Source: Bacteroidota bacterium (GTDB taxonomy: Bacteria; Bacteroidota; Ignavibacteria; UBA10030; UBA8401). Taken from it: 64,000 nt of DNA. Positions 20,665 to 30,576 of this stretch are shown here, one piece after another. The stretch lies in the NCBI GenBank assembly GCA_049578505.1, contig JBAUMC010000039.1:29498-93497 (forward strand). The letters are read 5' to 3'. The position numbers were made by a program, and so were the translations under genes. Under the pieces are notes generated by a model, which saw nothing but the letters and a program-made list of their open reading frames with translations, searched no databases and was not told the DNA's origin. Each line of letters begins with the position of its first letter. Within the stretch, counting starts at the first letter, position 1.

Positions 20665-21039
20665 ATGAGCATCGATCTGGGAAGTCTTCGTAAACATTGC
20701 CTGCGGAAAGGTGGAAAAATCAGCGAAGAATTTCCTTTCGATGAGTATACGCTTGTGTTCAAAGTGAAGGGGAAGATTTTTATTCTTATCAGCACAGACG
20801 CTCATCCTCTCTCCGTAAACTTAAAGTGCGATCCGGAGCGCGCTATTGAACTTCGGGAACGGTACATCGCTGTCGTACCAGGTTACCATATGAACAAAAA
20901 ACATTGGATAACTGTGAGCCTCGACGGAACAGTATCGTCGCGGGAAGTTTTCGAAATGATAGACCATTCGTACGATCTGGTGGCGAAAACCGCAGCGTCC
21001 GGAGGCCGAAAGAGGCCTTATAAGAAGAAATCCCGGTAA
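20665..21039 (+). CDS. MmcQ/YjbR-family protein
   Basis: The family-typical motif HMNKKHWITV and overall ~120 aa architecture are present. Confidence 0.7.
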   Translation: MSIDLGSLRKHCLRKGGKISEEFPFDEYTLVFKVKGKIFILISTDAHPLSVNLKCDPERAIELRERYIAVVPGYHMNKKHWITVSLDGTVSSREVFEMIDHSYDLVAKTAASGGRKRPYKKKSR

Positions 21040-21057
21040 ACCTTTCTTCTCAATCCT

Positions 21058-22503
21058 ATGAGCCGCACCCTTATCTATACTTGCCTAATTCTATCGTTGG
21101 TGGAATTTTCTCCGGCAGCGTTCACGCAAGATTTGAAATATCTCGTGTATGACCAAGATGAAATTCCCGGCTCTGTATACAAACAGAGAAGGGAAAGGTT
21201 TATGGGAGAAATCGGGACAGACGCGGTTTCGATTTTCTTTTCTGCGTCGGAAAAGAATCGAAACGGCGATGACGATTACCCATTCCGGCAAGACGACAAT
21301 TTCTATTATCTTACCGGGTTCAATGAGCCGAATGCCATTTTGGTGATGATCCCGAGAGGAACTTTGCTTCGCAGCGATCAGGATTCGACGAAGACCGATA
21401 CGGTTCGCGAAATTCTTTTTGTCCAACCTCGTGATGTGAGGAGCGAACGTTGGACTGGAAGACGTTTTGGCCCCGCAGGTGCAATGTCGCTGCTCGGTGT
21501 TCAACGAGCGTTCACAAACGAAAAATTTAAGAAGATGTTTCCGTCGATTGTTTACACGAGCGGAGTAAAAGTTCTCTATGTCCCTCCCATTCCGGACGGG
21601 GGCGGTGAACTCGCGGAACTGCTGCAGCCTGTTGGTGAATATCTTTATCGGTTGAGGTCGGGCAATTCGCTCGTTGAACTCCGTGACCCGGGATCGATCG
21701 TGAGGAAATACCGTGCGGTGAAGTCTCCGGAAGAAATTGCCCTGATGGTCAAAGCCGCTCACATCAGCGCGGTTGCCCATATGCAGGCGATGATGTCATG
21801 CAAGCCGGGGATGGCAGAATACCAATTGCAGGCAGTCTACGAATACGTCTTTCGCAAACTGGGCTCTGAGTTCAATGCGTACTCCTGCATCGTCGGATCC
21901 GCTGAAAATTCGGTCATCCTGCATTACGAAAGCAATCGTAGGCCTATCAATAACGGAGATATTGTTCTTGCCGACTGCGGCGCTGAATATCACGGCTATG
22001 CGAGCGACGTGACGCGGACATATCCTGCCAATGGAAAATTCAGCGAACCGCAAAGAAAAATTTACCAGCTTGTCCTGGATGCGCAAAATGCATGCATCGC
22101 GATGATGAAACCAGGAGCGGTGTGGAGGGACGTGAGTGCAAAAGCCGATTCGGTTCTGATAGAGGGATTGTTTGCTCTCGGTATCGTCAAAGAAAAGAAC
22201 CAGAGCGAACTGAGACGGTTTTTTCCTCACGGCCTCGGACATGCGGTAGGGCTGGACGTTCACGACGTAAGTTCGAACGTGATGATGACGGGAGTCGTTT
22301 ACACGCTTGAACCCGGTATATATATCCCCGAGAACGCCGAAGGCGTCGATCCAAAATTTTTCAACATCGGCGTGCGCATCGAAGACGATATTCTTATTAC
22401 ACAGGAAGGGCACACGATTCTCTCCGGTGAGGCGCCAAGAGAAATCGATGAAATTGAATCATTGATGAAGAAAAAAGGAATTGGGGACATCCCGATCGAA
22501 TAA
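21058..22503 (+). CDS. pepP: Xaa-Pro aminopeptidase (M24B, aminopeptidase P) with signal peptide
   Basis: It has an AMP_N-like N-domain and the C-terminal pita-bread metal ligands (DCGAEYHGYASDVTRT, HGLGHAVGLDVHD, EPGIY). Confidence 0.85.
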   Translation: MSRTLIYTCLILSLVEFSPAAFTQDLKYLVYDQDEIPGSVYKQRRERFMGEIGTDAVSIFFSASEKNRNGDDDYPFRQDDNFYYLTGFNEPNAILVMIPRGTLLRSDQDSTKTDTVREILFVQPRDVRSERWTGRRFGPAGAMSLLGVQRAFTNEKFKKMFPSIVYTSGVKVLYVPPIPDGGGELAELLQPVGEYLYRLRSGNSLVELRDPGSIVRKYRAVKSPEEIALMVKAAHISAVAHMQAMMSCKPGMAEYQLQAVYEYVFRKLGSEFNAYSCIVGSAENSVILHYESNRRPINNGDIVLADCGAEYHGYASDVTRTYPANGKFSEPQRKIYQLVLDAQNACIAMMKPGAVWRDVSAKADSVLIEGLFALGIVKEKNQSELRRFFPHGLGHAVGLDVHDVSSNVMMTGVVYTLEPGIYIPENAEGVDPKFFNIGVRIEDDILITQEGHTILSGEAPREIDEIESLMKKKGIGDIPIE

Positions 22504-22657
22504 CGGGGGTGAGCCAATATTCCTTGATATTACTGCCGAAATACTAATCCCCCTGTTCTCTAGTCCCCTCCTTCCCAGTGCTCCTCGGTTTCTCCGCCCG
22601 TGAACATTACAATAATTTTCTTTGTTCTTCGTCTTAGAATATAAATGAGGAGATGGT

Positions 22658-23227
22658 TTGACAGAGGCTCTTACAGTTTCAAAAGATGCTGCTGCGGCGC
22701 TTGACCGGACAGTTCGGTCGGAACGCAAACGCTTATTGGATTTCATCCGCAAGCGGGTGCGCAACCAATCGGACGCTGAAGATATTCTGCAGGATGTCTT
22801 CTTTCAATTGGCGACGAGCTACAGCGTAACGGAACCGATTGAGAAAATGACGGCCTGGCTTTTCACAGTGGCTCGGAACAAAATAATCGACTGGTACCGG
22901 AAGCGGCGTCCCGGTTCTCTTCCGGCTGCAGACGACGATCCGTCCTCGCCGCTGAATCTCGAAGAGATTTTGTTCGACCCGCGTCAAAATCCCGACCGGG
23001 TCTATGCACGGTCGTTAGTCTGGACCGAATTAGCCGATGCGCTGGATGAACTTCCGGATGAACAGCGCGAAGTTTTTGTGATGCACGAATTAGAAGGAAG
23101 AAGTTTTAGAGAAATCGCAGAAATAACGGGTGAGCCGATCAACACGCTCCTCTCACGTAAAAGGTACGCGGTGCTGTTCCTGCGAGAACAGCTTCAAGAA
23201 TTATACGAAGAAACAGATAACTTATAG
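22658..23227 (+). CDS. RNA polymerase ECF-type sigma-70 factor (TTG start)
   Basis: Region 2 (DAEDILQDVFFQL...WLFTVARNKIIDWYR) and region 4 (REVFVMHELEGRSFREIAEITGEPINTLLSRKRYA) are present. GAGGAG lies 5 nt before the TTG at 22658. Confidence 0.85.
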   Translation: MTEALTVSKDAAAALDRTVRSERKRLLDFIRKRVRNQSDAEDILQDVFFQLATSYSVTEPIEKMTAWLFTVARNKIIDWYRKRRPGSLPAADDDPSSPLNLEEILFDPRQNPDRVYARSLVWTELADALDELPDEQREVFVMHELEGRSFREIAEITGEPINTLLSRKRYAVLFLREQLQELYEETDNL

Positions 23228-23239
23228 GAGAAACCTATC

Positions 23240-23602
23240 ATGAAAGCTTGGTGGATGTTGAGAGTTGTAAAATTTGTAGCGGTGATGATCATTGGATTGC
23301 TAGTCTTTGGCGCCGTCGTCATGGAGTTGTGGAACGTGCTCGTTCCCGATATTTTCCATGGACCGGCTGTAACGTTCTGGCAGGCGCTTGGATTGCTTGT
23401 GCTGTCGCATATCCTCCTCCGAGGCTGGGGACCGTGGCGGCATGGGAACGGATGGCATCGAGACCGCTGGAAACATCGTTTCGAAGAAAAGCTGTCGGCA
23501 ATGTCTCCCGAGGAACGCGATAAATTCAAAGAGGAATGGCGTAGGCGATGCGGCTGGTCGGCCGACGATGTGCACACCGCAAAAGAGCAGCCGAAAGCCT
23601 GA
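23240..23602 (+). CDS. Small membrane protein immediately downstream of the ECF sigma (candidate anti-sigma or regulator)
   Basis: RBS TAGGAGA. Two TM helices are followed by a charged Trp/Arg-rich cytoplasmic tail. Confidence 0.5.
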   Translation: MKAWWMLRVVKFVAVMIIGLLVFGAVVMELWNVLVPDIFHGPAVTFWQALGLLVLSHILLRGWGPWRHGNGWHRDRWKHRFEEKLSAMSPEERDKFKEEWRRRCGWSADDVHTAKEQPKA

Positions 23603-23610
23603 GGTTTGCG

Positions 23611-23967
23611 GTGAAGCATATCGTTGGTGCGAAGGAAAAGATTCATCTAACGGTGGCGGCATGGGAAGGAGTTGCTTCTCAGCCCCACCGTTTTGGCGGA
23701 ATCGAGTTTCGGCTTGGAAAGCGGGAATTCGGCCACCTTCACGGAGATTCTTTGCTTGATATTCCCTTTCCACTGAAAGTTCGGAATGAACTGGTTGCTT
23801 CCGGCCGGGTCGCTCCTCATCACATTCTCCCTGAGAGTGGCTGGGTAAGTTTTTATATCAAAGAGGAGCAAGATGTCGATGAAGCGATCAGATTGCTGGA
23901 TCTTTCTTATGAGCTGACAAAGAAGAAGCTGGGTAAAGAGAAATTCAAAAATATAGGGAGTTTTTAA
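23611..23967 (+). CDS. Hypothetical protein (~118 aa)
   Basis: Open frame continuing after the previous gene. The GTG start at 23611 is tentative, and the ORF track shows an overlapping ATG at 23548. No confident domain assignment. Confidence 0.4.
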   Translation: MKHIVGAKEKIHLTVAAWEGVASQPHRFGGIEFRLGKREFGHLHGDSLLDIPFPLKVRNELVASGRVAPHHILPESGWVSFYIKEEQDVDEAIRLLDLSYELTKKKLGKEKFKNIGSF

Positions 23968-23979
23968 AAGGAGATTGGT

Positions 23980-25041
23980 ATGATGCAGATATTTCCACTT
24001 TCCACAACTAGTTTCGGTCGTACAAATGCTCCATCGGACCGAACTCCACAGAGTGATGACGGTGAGCTGCTGGATGCATATTCAGCAACAGTGACGGCGG
24101 TCGTCGAAAACGTTTCCCCCTCCGTTGTGAAGATCGATGTCAGTCACCACTCGATCCGCCGACGGGGTTTCGGTCAACGCAGGCAAGAAGAGAATGAGAA
24201 CTCTCGTCCCGTTACAGGGAGCGGTTCGGGTGTGATATTTACACCAGACGGATTTGTTCTTACCAACAGTCACGTCATTCATGATGCTGCTTCCATCAAT
24301 GTAATTCTTGCAGACGGCAGGGAGCTGAAAGCTGAACTCATCGGAGAAGATCCATTTACCGATTTGGCGGTCGTCCGTGTAAGCGGCCAGGATTTACCCG
24401 TCGCTAAACTCGGCGACTCCCAGGCGATTCGTATCGGACAATTGGTTATTGCTTTGGGGAATCCCTTCGGATTTCAAGCCACGGTTACCGCGGGGGTGGT
24501 AAGTGCGCTGGGACGTTCGTTACGGGTTGGCGGAGGACGGTTGATCGATAACGTTATTCAAACGGATGCGGCGCTGAACCCCGGCAACTCCGGCGGACCG
24601 CTTGTCAATTCCCGATCGGAAGTTATCGGGATCAATACTGCTGTGATTCCCTGGGCGCAGGGAATTTGTTTTTCAATCCCCGTCAACACGGCAAAGAATA
24701 TTGCCGGTCAATTGATGAAGGAAGGAAGAGTGACGCGCTCATTTATCGGCATCGCAGGACAGGTGCTTGATATTTCTCGAGCCGCCATCCGAACACATTC
24801 TTTAACCGGTACGCGGGGTGTAATGGTCGCACATGTAGAACGAGGGGGCTCGGCGGAACATGCGGGTTTGCTGGTAGGGGATGTGATCGTTGAAATGGAC
24901 GGCCATCGCGTTGAGAGTATCGATGACCTCCATCGGATGCTGACAAAAGAGATGATTGGCAAAGAGGCAAGGTTGATGGTTTTGCGTTTGGAAAGAAAAC
25001 TTTTTGTCAACATCGTTCCAAGAGAGCTGAAACCTTCCTGA
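23980..25041 (+). CDS. HtrA/DegP-family trypsin-like serine protease with C-terminal PDZ domain
   Basis: The catalytic triad context (TNSHVI, D, GNSGGPLV) and a PDZ region (GIAGQVLDIS...GDVIVEMDG) are present. No obvious signal peptide. Confidence 0.85.
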   Translation: MMQIFPLSTTSFGRTNAPSDRTPQSDDGELLDAYSATVTAVVENVSPSVVKIDVSHHSIRRRGFGQRRQEENENSRPVTGSGSGVIFTPDGFVLTNSHVIHDAASINVILADGRELKAELIGEDPFTDLAVVRVSGQDLPVAKLGDSQAIRIGQLVIALGNPFGFQATVTAGVVSALGRSLRVGGGRLIDNVIQTDAALNPGNSGGPLVNSRSEVIGINTAVIPWAQGICFSIPVNTAKNIAGQLMKEGRVTRSFIGIAGQVLDISRAAIRTHSLTGTRGVMVAHVERGGSAEHAGLLVGDVIVEMDGHRVESIDDLHRMLTKEMIGKEARLMVLRLERKLFVNIVPRELKPS

Positions 25042-25053
25042 ACGCTCTGCGAC

Positions 25054-25620
25054 CTACTGGGCAGCCCCTGCGGGCAGGCGTTTTTGTAAGAGGTCAATCG
25101 CATTCCGTGGGGATGAAGCGACGGCAATATACTTTGTGCACGATTCTTTTCCTTCGAACGTCAGTTCCCGGTTAAGTGTATCGATGACCCCGTTCCAGAA
25201 ATTACCGAGAACGATGACAGGCCGTTCTTCAATGACACCTTTGTTCATGAATTCCCAGATGCTCGCCAACTCCAGGAGCGTTCCTGTCCCGCCTTTCAAC
25301 ACAACGTAGCCATCGGCAAGCGAAATCAAATCCATAAGTCTATCCGTTAAAGATTTGACAACAACCCTCTTTTCGATCCATCGGTTTGGATCAACGCTGA
25401 AAAATTCACTCACCACGCCGATGGTTTTTCCGCCGGACTCTTTTGCACCGCGCGCAGACGCTTCCATTGTTCCGCCATAGCCGCCGTTACAAACCACATA
25501 GCCCGCCGTAGCCAGCTCCCGCCCCAGGTTCCGCGCTTCCTCGTAAAACTCTTCCCCCTCAACAGGCCGTGAGCTGCCAAAAACCGTAATAATAGGTTTC
25601 GGTGTCTTTTTATCGTTCAT
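25054..25620 (-). CDS. LOG-family protein (TIGR00730; cytokinin riboside 5'-monophosphate phosphoribohydrolase-like)
   Basis: GGYGGTMEA and the PGGTGTLLEL motif are characteristic of the LOG/YvdD family. Confidence 0.8.
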   Translation of the reverse strand: MNDKKTPKPIITVFGSSRPVEGEEFYEEARNLGRELATAGYVVCNGGYGGTMEASARGAKESGGKTIGVVSEFFSVDPNRWIEKRVVVKSLTDRLMDLISLADGYVVLKGGTGTLLELASIWEFMNKGVIEERPVIVLGNFWNGVIDTLNRELTFEGKESCTKYIAVASSPRNAIDLLQKRLPAGAAQ

Positions 25621-25692
25621 GATTGTAATTATCCACGAAGAGGACGAAGGGACAGGAATGATTTTTTAATACTTTCGCGTTCCTCACGGAAA

Positions 25693-27792
25693 TTAATTCC
25701 AGAATTCCCACGACACCCCGAAACGAACGTTCCGGTCATACATCGGATAAAACGGCGTCAACATATATTGATTGCCCGAGAGATTTTCCCAAATAAGATG
25801 GAGATAAGCGTCGCCGAGTTTCCCGATGACGAAAAAATCAGCGGTGCCGCTGGGGCCGAACGATTGGAGCAAAGTGTACGGGACAAACAATTCGGACTCA
25901 TTCAACGGAGCCATGCCGCTTTGCTTGGATGTGTACCTGCCGCGGAAGCCGATCTTGAGCTCGAGGTTTCCGTTCACCAGGAGGTTCTTGTAATAGATAG
26001 ATCCGTCAAGATACAACTCTGGAAGAAGCTGAAGCTTTTCGTCGATATGATAGTAATCGGGCTGCTTGAGGTATGTTGCATTCCCTTCCGCGTAGAAATG
26101 GTTGTATGAAATCTTCAACGATACATCGACGCCATTATAGATATTGAGAGCGGGTTGTAAAAACTCAAGAGTATAGTTTGGAGGGGAAGTCCCGAATTCG
26201 GAGGTTGTGTCAACGAGAATCGGGTTCTTAATTTCTCTATGGGTTAGTGAAATTGTACCGGAGAGAAAATCAGAAATCGCAAACCGTGTTCCGACCTGGA
26301 TGAGCATATGCTGTTCATTTTTCAACCATAAGCGCGGGGTTGGCAAATGGGTAGAGTCGCTGGACCAGTAAAGTTCCTGCAGAGTCGGAGTACGCTGTGA
26401 AACAGACAACCCTCCGAACAACGATAACGACGATGTGAGTGGAACTTGAGCGTCGGCCCCCGCCCCAGGAAGGTTTTGGCTGCGGTAATAATCGTCTCTC
26501 CCGAAGACAGCGAACGTTAACGGCGATAATACGAGAATCTCTTCTTTTGCGCTGGCGCTTAATTTGTTCTCTTTGCGTCCGCCGACTTCAGGACTTGATT
26601 CGACCTGAATCTCTTCTGCCTCTGCGGTAAGACTAAAATTCTGTGCGGCGCTTTCTATCTCATGCCGCAAAAGAAGGCCTGCATTTGAGTTCCGATTATC
26701 CGAATGTGTAAGGACACCGTTAAACGGCAATCCATCGGTATATTCCCGCACTTCGTCGCGATATTCCCTTAATTGATTGGAATAATAGGCCGTCAGCGTC
26801 GTGACTTGCATTGTATCGTCGGTTAGATGACCGGCGGCGGTAAGGTCAAGATGGTGATTAAATAATTTCTCGTATGCTTCGTTGTTCGAAACGGTGGCAA
26901 CTTGTTCGTTGAAATATTCGCCGGAGAGAGTTTGAAGGTAATCGACGCCGCCGTTCAATCCTGTGTTCGCTTGCTCGTACAAATGAGAGAGAACAATGTT
27001 GAACGAATTCGAGATGTCATACCGGAGCTTTGTTCTGAACGACCACGCGTCGTAGTCGGAGTTGATGAAACGTCCACGATAATCCTGGTCGATCTGATCG
27101 AATCCGAGGGCATGCCGCTCGAGCCCAAACATGAAATTAAACCTGGAGAAAATGTTCTGACTGAACATCGCATCGGTCTGCGCGTAGTCGTCGACACCCT
27201 GGCTGTAACGGAGGCATGAGTAGGGTTTGTTCGTGTAGAAACTTTTCGTGACAATATTGATCGCGCCGCCTGTCGAATTCATTCCATAAAACATGGCGCG
27301 CGGTCCAGTGATGAACTCAATTCTCTCGATATAATCTGTTGGAAATAGTATCATATCGTAAGTTCCGGTAATGGGATCGGCTTGACTTCTCCCGTCGACA
27401 AGAAAAGCAATACCGCGCTCGTCAACTCCGCCGATGGTCAATTCGTTATGCTGTCCGGGACTTCCCATGTCGCGGATATACATGCCGGGTTTTGTCCAAA
27501 GTAAATCTCCTATGTAGCGGTATTCAATCCACGGAATTTGTGAACCGAGAATTACTGCGCTTGAATCTCCGTACGGTTCCAGCGCGCCGATAAGCGGTAT
27601 CGGTTTAATTCGAACGAGCGAATCTTTGGTCATTTCTGAAGGAGGTATCAAGGCGGAAACTGTATCTCTTCCTACAGGCGTAACCGTTTTTACAGTATCA
27701 TGTGTGAAGGAATATTGAGAAGCATAACACTGCGTAAAAAGGAGGGCAAGAGAGAATACGATAAATATACAGGCTCGTGGTGTGCCGGGCAT
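25693..27792 (-). CDS. TonB-dependent outer-membrane receptor
   Basis: It has a signal peptide, an N-terminal plug (ERIEFITGPRAMFYGMNSTGGAINIVTK), a long beta-barrel and a C-terminal aromatic residue (...WEFWN). Confidence 0.85.
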   Translation of the reverse strand: MPGTPRACIFIVFSLALLFTQCYASQYSFTHDTVKTVTPVGRDTVSALIPPSEMTKDSLVRIKPIPLIGALEPYGDSSAVILGSQIPWIEYRYIGDLLWTKPGMYIRDMGSPGQHNELTIGGVDERGIAFLVDGRSQADPITGTYDMILFPTDYIERIEFITGPRAMFYGMNSTGGAINIVTKSFYTNKPYSCLRYSQGVDDYAQTDAMFSQNIFSRFNFMFGLERHALGFDQIDQDYRGRFINSDYDAWSFRTKLRYDISNSFNIVLSHLYEQANTGLNGGVDYLQTLSGEYFNEQVATVSNNEAYEKLFNHHLDLTAAGHLTDDTMQVTTLTAYYSNQLREYRDEVREYTDGLPFNGVLTHSDNRNSNAGLLLRHEIESAAQNFSLTAEAEEIQVESSPEVGGRKENKLSASAKEEILVLSPLTFAVFGRDDYYRSQNLPGAGADAQVPLTSSLSLFGGLSVSQRTPTLQELYWSSDSTHLPTPRLWLKNEQHMLIQVGTRFAISDFLSGTISLTHREIKNPILVDTTSEFGTSPPNYTLEFLQPALNIYNGVDVSLKISYNHFYAEGNATYLKQPDYYHIDEKLQLLPELYLDGSIYYKNLLVNGNLELKIGFRGRYTSKQSGMAPLNESELFVPYTLLQSFGPSGTADFFVIGKLGDAYLHLIWENLSGNQYMLTPFYPMYDRNVRFGVSWEFWN

Positions 27793-28646
27793 CAGAGTAA
27801 TGGCATAAAATTGGGCGGTGTAACGGAAACGAAGTAATCGAGACTAAAGAAATTCTCCGCTTGCCGAGCATCAGTTTCATTGTTGAACAGTCCGAAAACC
27901 GAAGAGCCGCTTCCTGACAGTAGGGCGAATGCCGCTCCGTGCGAAAGGAGCTCTTGCTTTAAGCGGGCAATTTCCGGATAGGCGTTAAAGACCACATCCT
28001 CAAAATCATTTTCCATAAGAGAAGAAATGTTAGCTACCGTACACGTCGCACCGTCATAGAACTTGGCTTGCCGGACTGTGGGCTGCCTGCGTTTTGATAA
28101 TTCGCCGTACGCCCACGCGGTTGAAAGGTGTATGGTTGGAGTAACGACGAGAACAAAATATGGCAGTGAGAGTCTCACAAAGCTCAAACGCTCTCCCCGC
28201 CCTTCGGCATACGCACTCCGGTTGTGAAGAAAAAATGGAACATCGGACCCGATATTCAAGGCGACGTTTGCCAGGGTAGAAGGATCGATCGGAGTTTTCC
28301 ACAATGAAGAGAGTGACACGAGCACCGAGGCAGCATCGCTGCTTCCGCCACCCAGGCCCGAACCGATCGGGATGTTTTTCTTAATGCCTATTGCGGCACC
28401 CTGTATAGTACCAAGTTCATTTCTGAGAAGGTCAACGGCTTTCCAACACAAATTGTTTTCGTTTATTGGCAGCGCTTGGTTGTCACACGAAATTGAAATT
28501 GCAGAATTCGACGGCTCAACGGTCAGTTCATCAAAAAGGTTGATACGGTGAAAAATGGTTTCGATATCATGGAATCCGTCTTCTCTCTTTCTCAGAACAC
28601 GAAGCCCCAAATTTATTTTAGCGTACGCCTTGAGAAGCATGGTCAA
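27792..28646 (-). CDS. ispE: 4-diphosphocytidyl-2-C-methyl-D-erythritol kinase
   Basis: The GHMP kinase motif PIGSGLGGGSSDAA and the N-terminal KINLGLRV are present. Its stop overlaps the start of the downstream TonB receptor by 1 nt. Confidence 0.9.
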   Translation of the reverse strand: MTMLLKAYAKINLGLRVLRKREDGFHDIETIFHRINLFDELTVEPSNSAISISCDNQALPINENNLCWKAVDLLRNELGTIQGAAIGIKKNIPIGSGLGGGSSDAASVLVSLSSLWKTPIDPSTLANVALNIGSDVPFFLHNRSAYAEGRGERLSFVRLSLPYFVLVVTPTIHLSTAWAYGELSKRRQPTVRQAKFYDGATCTVANISSLMENDFEDVVFNAYPEIARLKQELLSHGAAFALLSGSGSSVFGLFNNETDARQAENFFSLDYFVSVTPPNFMPLL

Positions 28647-28693
28647 AGATACGAGGAGATTGGCGAAGTTTCAAGATGCGCGCCGCGTTAGTA

Positions 28694-28822
28694 GTGGCTC
28701 AATTTGAGAAACAAATTGTCATGCCCACGTGCCGAAGGCATCCCCTTGGGAAAAGTGGGCATCCATTGTGCCGCAAAAGCAGCGGATGTTTGGATTCCCG
28801 CTTTCGCGGGAATGACAAATTG
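28694..28822. repeat. Copy 2 (longest, ~129 bp) of the intergenic repeat family
   Basis: It shares the GTGGCTCAATTTGAGAAAcAAATTGtCATGCCCAC...CGCGGGAATGACAAATTG ends with the other copies. Its central segment is expanded. Confidence 0.6.
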
Positions 28823-28927
28823 CGCCCGCGCCGCCGCTTGCCATGAATAAATTGAGACTGAAGACGAAAGTCGCTATATTTCCGTTACTATGCCGCAATC
28901 ACTTGTTCAACAATAGTATTTATAGTT

Positions 28928-29362
28928 ATGCAAAAACGGGAAGCAATTATTCGGCACGTTCAAAATCTTACCTTTATCGGGAAAGCGGGTTCTAATCATT
29001 GGACCACAATGGATTCCTCGCACGGAGAAAGTTCAGCCGCTGCCACATCTCCGATGGAACTCATTCTCCTTGCTCTCGGAGGATGTACGGGAAGCGACGT
29101 GGCCATTATTCTGGAGAAAAAAAGAGCGCGTGTTTCCAAGTTCGAAATGAAGATCACCGGCGAACGTGCCGCAGAGGACCCGAAGGTGTATACCTCGATC
29201 CACATCACTTATATTTTCGAAGGGTTCAACCTCAGAGAGAAAGATATTGTCCACGCCATTGAACTTTCGATGACCAAGTACTGTTCGGTGAGCGCAATGC
29301 TCAAAAAATCTGTGGCGCTGACGTATTCGTATTCGATTGTCGGATCGGGTGGTGCGGCTTGA
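28928..29362 (+). CDS. OsmC/Ohr-family peroxiredoxin-like protein
   Basis: The OsmC fold signature with the two conserved Cys is present (LALGGCTG..., ...KYCSVS). Confidence 0.85.
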   Translation: MQKREAIIRHVQNLTFIGKAGSNHWTTMDSSHGESSAAATSPMELILLALGGCTGSDVAIILEKKRARVSKFEMKITGERAAEDPKVYTSIHITYIFEGFNLREKDIVHAIELSMTKYCSVSAMLKKSVALTYSYSIVGSGGAA

Positions 29363-29365
29363 TGA

Positions 29366-30010
29366 CTAGGCTGGTAAATTAATGTCTCGTAGCTTGATGA
29401 TTTCCTTTTCGATGCCCCGGATGTTAGTGTCAAGCTCTTGTATAACAGCTCGGTCGCTTGCGTTCAGTTTTTGTCTGGATATAATATCCGCACTGATCTT
29501 AATCGCTGCGAGGGGATTGTTAAATTCGTGGCAAATAGTAACCACGAGCTCTTTGATCGCCTCGCTTCGTTTTTGGCCGAGGAGTTTATTTTTTTCCACT
29601 TGTGCAATTTGTTTTTTCAGTTGAACTCGGTTCAAAACGTTCAACAGAGTCCGCGGGAGGACCGATTCGACAATTTCTTCCTTCACGAGAAAATCCTCGA
29701 CCCCCAGCTTCATTGCCTCCACGGCGAGCTGAAAGTCCTTCCCCGAAGCGATGAAGACGAGAGGAACATCGATTTTCAAACTTCTGATCTCTTTAGCGAG
29801 TTCTAAAGCAGTCATCTCGCTCAAATAATAATCGACGAGAACAACCGCGATAGTCAGATCGGTCTTGAGCCTTTCGATACCGCCGGCGCCGGTCTTTTCC
29901 CACGTTATTTTAAAATCGCTTCCTTGAAATTTCTTGAGTTGAGACTGCGCGGTTTTTGCGTATGAAATATCGTTGTCTATGAGTAATACGTGAATAAGAG
30001 GCTCGTTCAT
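29366..30010 (-). CDS. Receiver (REC) domain fused to a HisKA/DHp domain, lacking a HATPase_c domain
   Basis: The start at 30010 has AAGGGA 6 nt upstream. REC motifs (VLLIDND...VVLVDYYL...) are followed by the H-box ICHEFNNPLAAI, and the protein ends about 45 aa later. Confidence 0.75.
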   Translation of the reverse strand: MNEPLIHVLLIDNDISYAKTAQSQLKKFQGSDFKITWEKTGAGGIERLKTDLTIAVVLVDYYLSEMTALELAKEIRSLKIDVPLVFIASGKDFQLAVEAMKLGVEDFLVKEEIVESVLPRTLLNVLNRVQLKKQIAQVEKNKLLGQKRSEAIKELVVTICHEFNNPLAAIKISADIISRQKLNASDRAVIQELDTNIRGIEKEIIKLRDINLPA

Positions 30011-30162
30011 TCTATCCCTTGCACTAAATTTTATTGGATAAAGTAGCACAACTTTTTGTTTTAATCAACCGAACCGCGACTTTTTCAAATTTCTTGTTGA
30101 TTTTAATCCGCCGATTGTCTATAATTTACAGCCGAAAAAAGCGAATATCATGAGGAATTCCA

Positions 30163-30534
30163 ATGGCAGAAAAAAATAGCATTCTTGTTGTGGACGATGA
30201 AGATGCTTTGCGAACCGTATTAAGCAGTGAACTTGAGAGTGAGGGCTATGTAGTGGCGACCGCCGGAGATGGCGATGAAGCAATATCCGTTTTGCAGGGG
30301 AAATCGTTTGATTTAGTACTGCTCGATATTAAAATGCCGCGCGTCGACGGTTTTGAGGTCCTGCGGTTTATCAAAGAACGTTACCCAGCCACGAAGGTGA
30401 TAATGCTGACGGGTTTTGCCGACTTAAAAAATGCAATTGAGTCGAAGAAGTTGGGGGCAGAAGATTTCGTCAGCAAGCCGTACGATTTAGTCGATCTCTT
30501 AACGACGATCGAAAGAGTTCTTACCAGCGAATAA
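30163..30534 (+). CDS. Single-domain response regulator (CheY-like)
   Basis: ILVVDDE...LVLLDIKMP...KVIMLTGF...DFVSKPY. The protein is 123 aa. Confidence 0.85.
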   Translation: MAEKNSILVVDDEDALRTVLSSELESEGYVVATAGDGDEAISVLQGKSFDLVLLDIKMPRVDGFEVLRFIKERYPATKVIMLTGFADLKNAIESKKLGAEDFVSKPYDLVDLLTTIERVLTSE

Positions 30535-30576
30535 TTCCTGCCATTCCCTGCTTTTACCTTTCTCACGGGCATTGTC

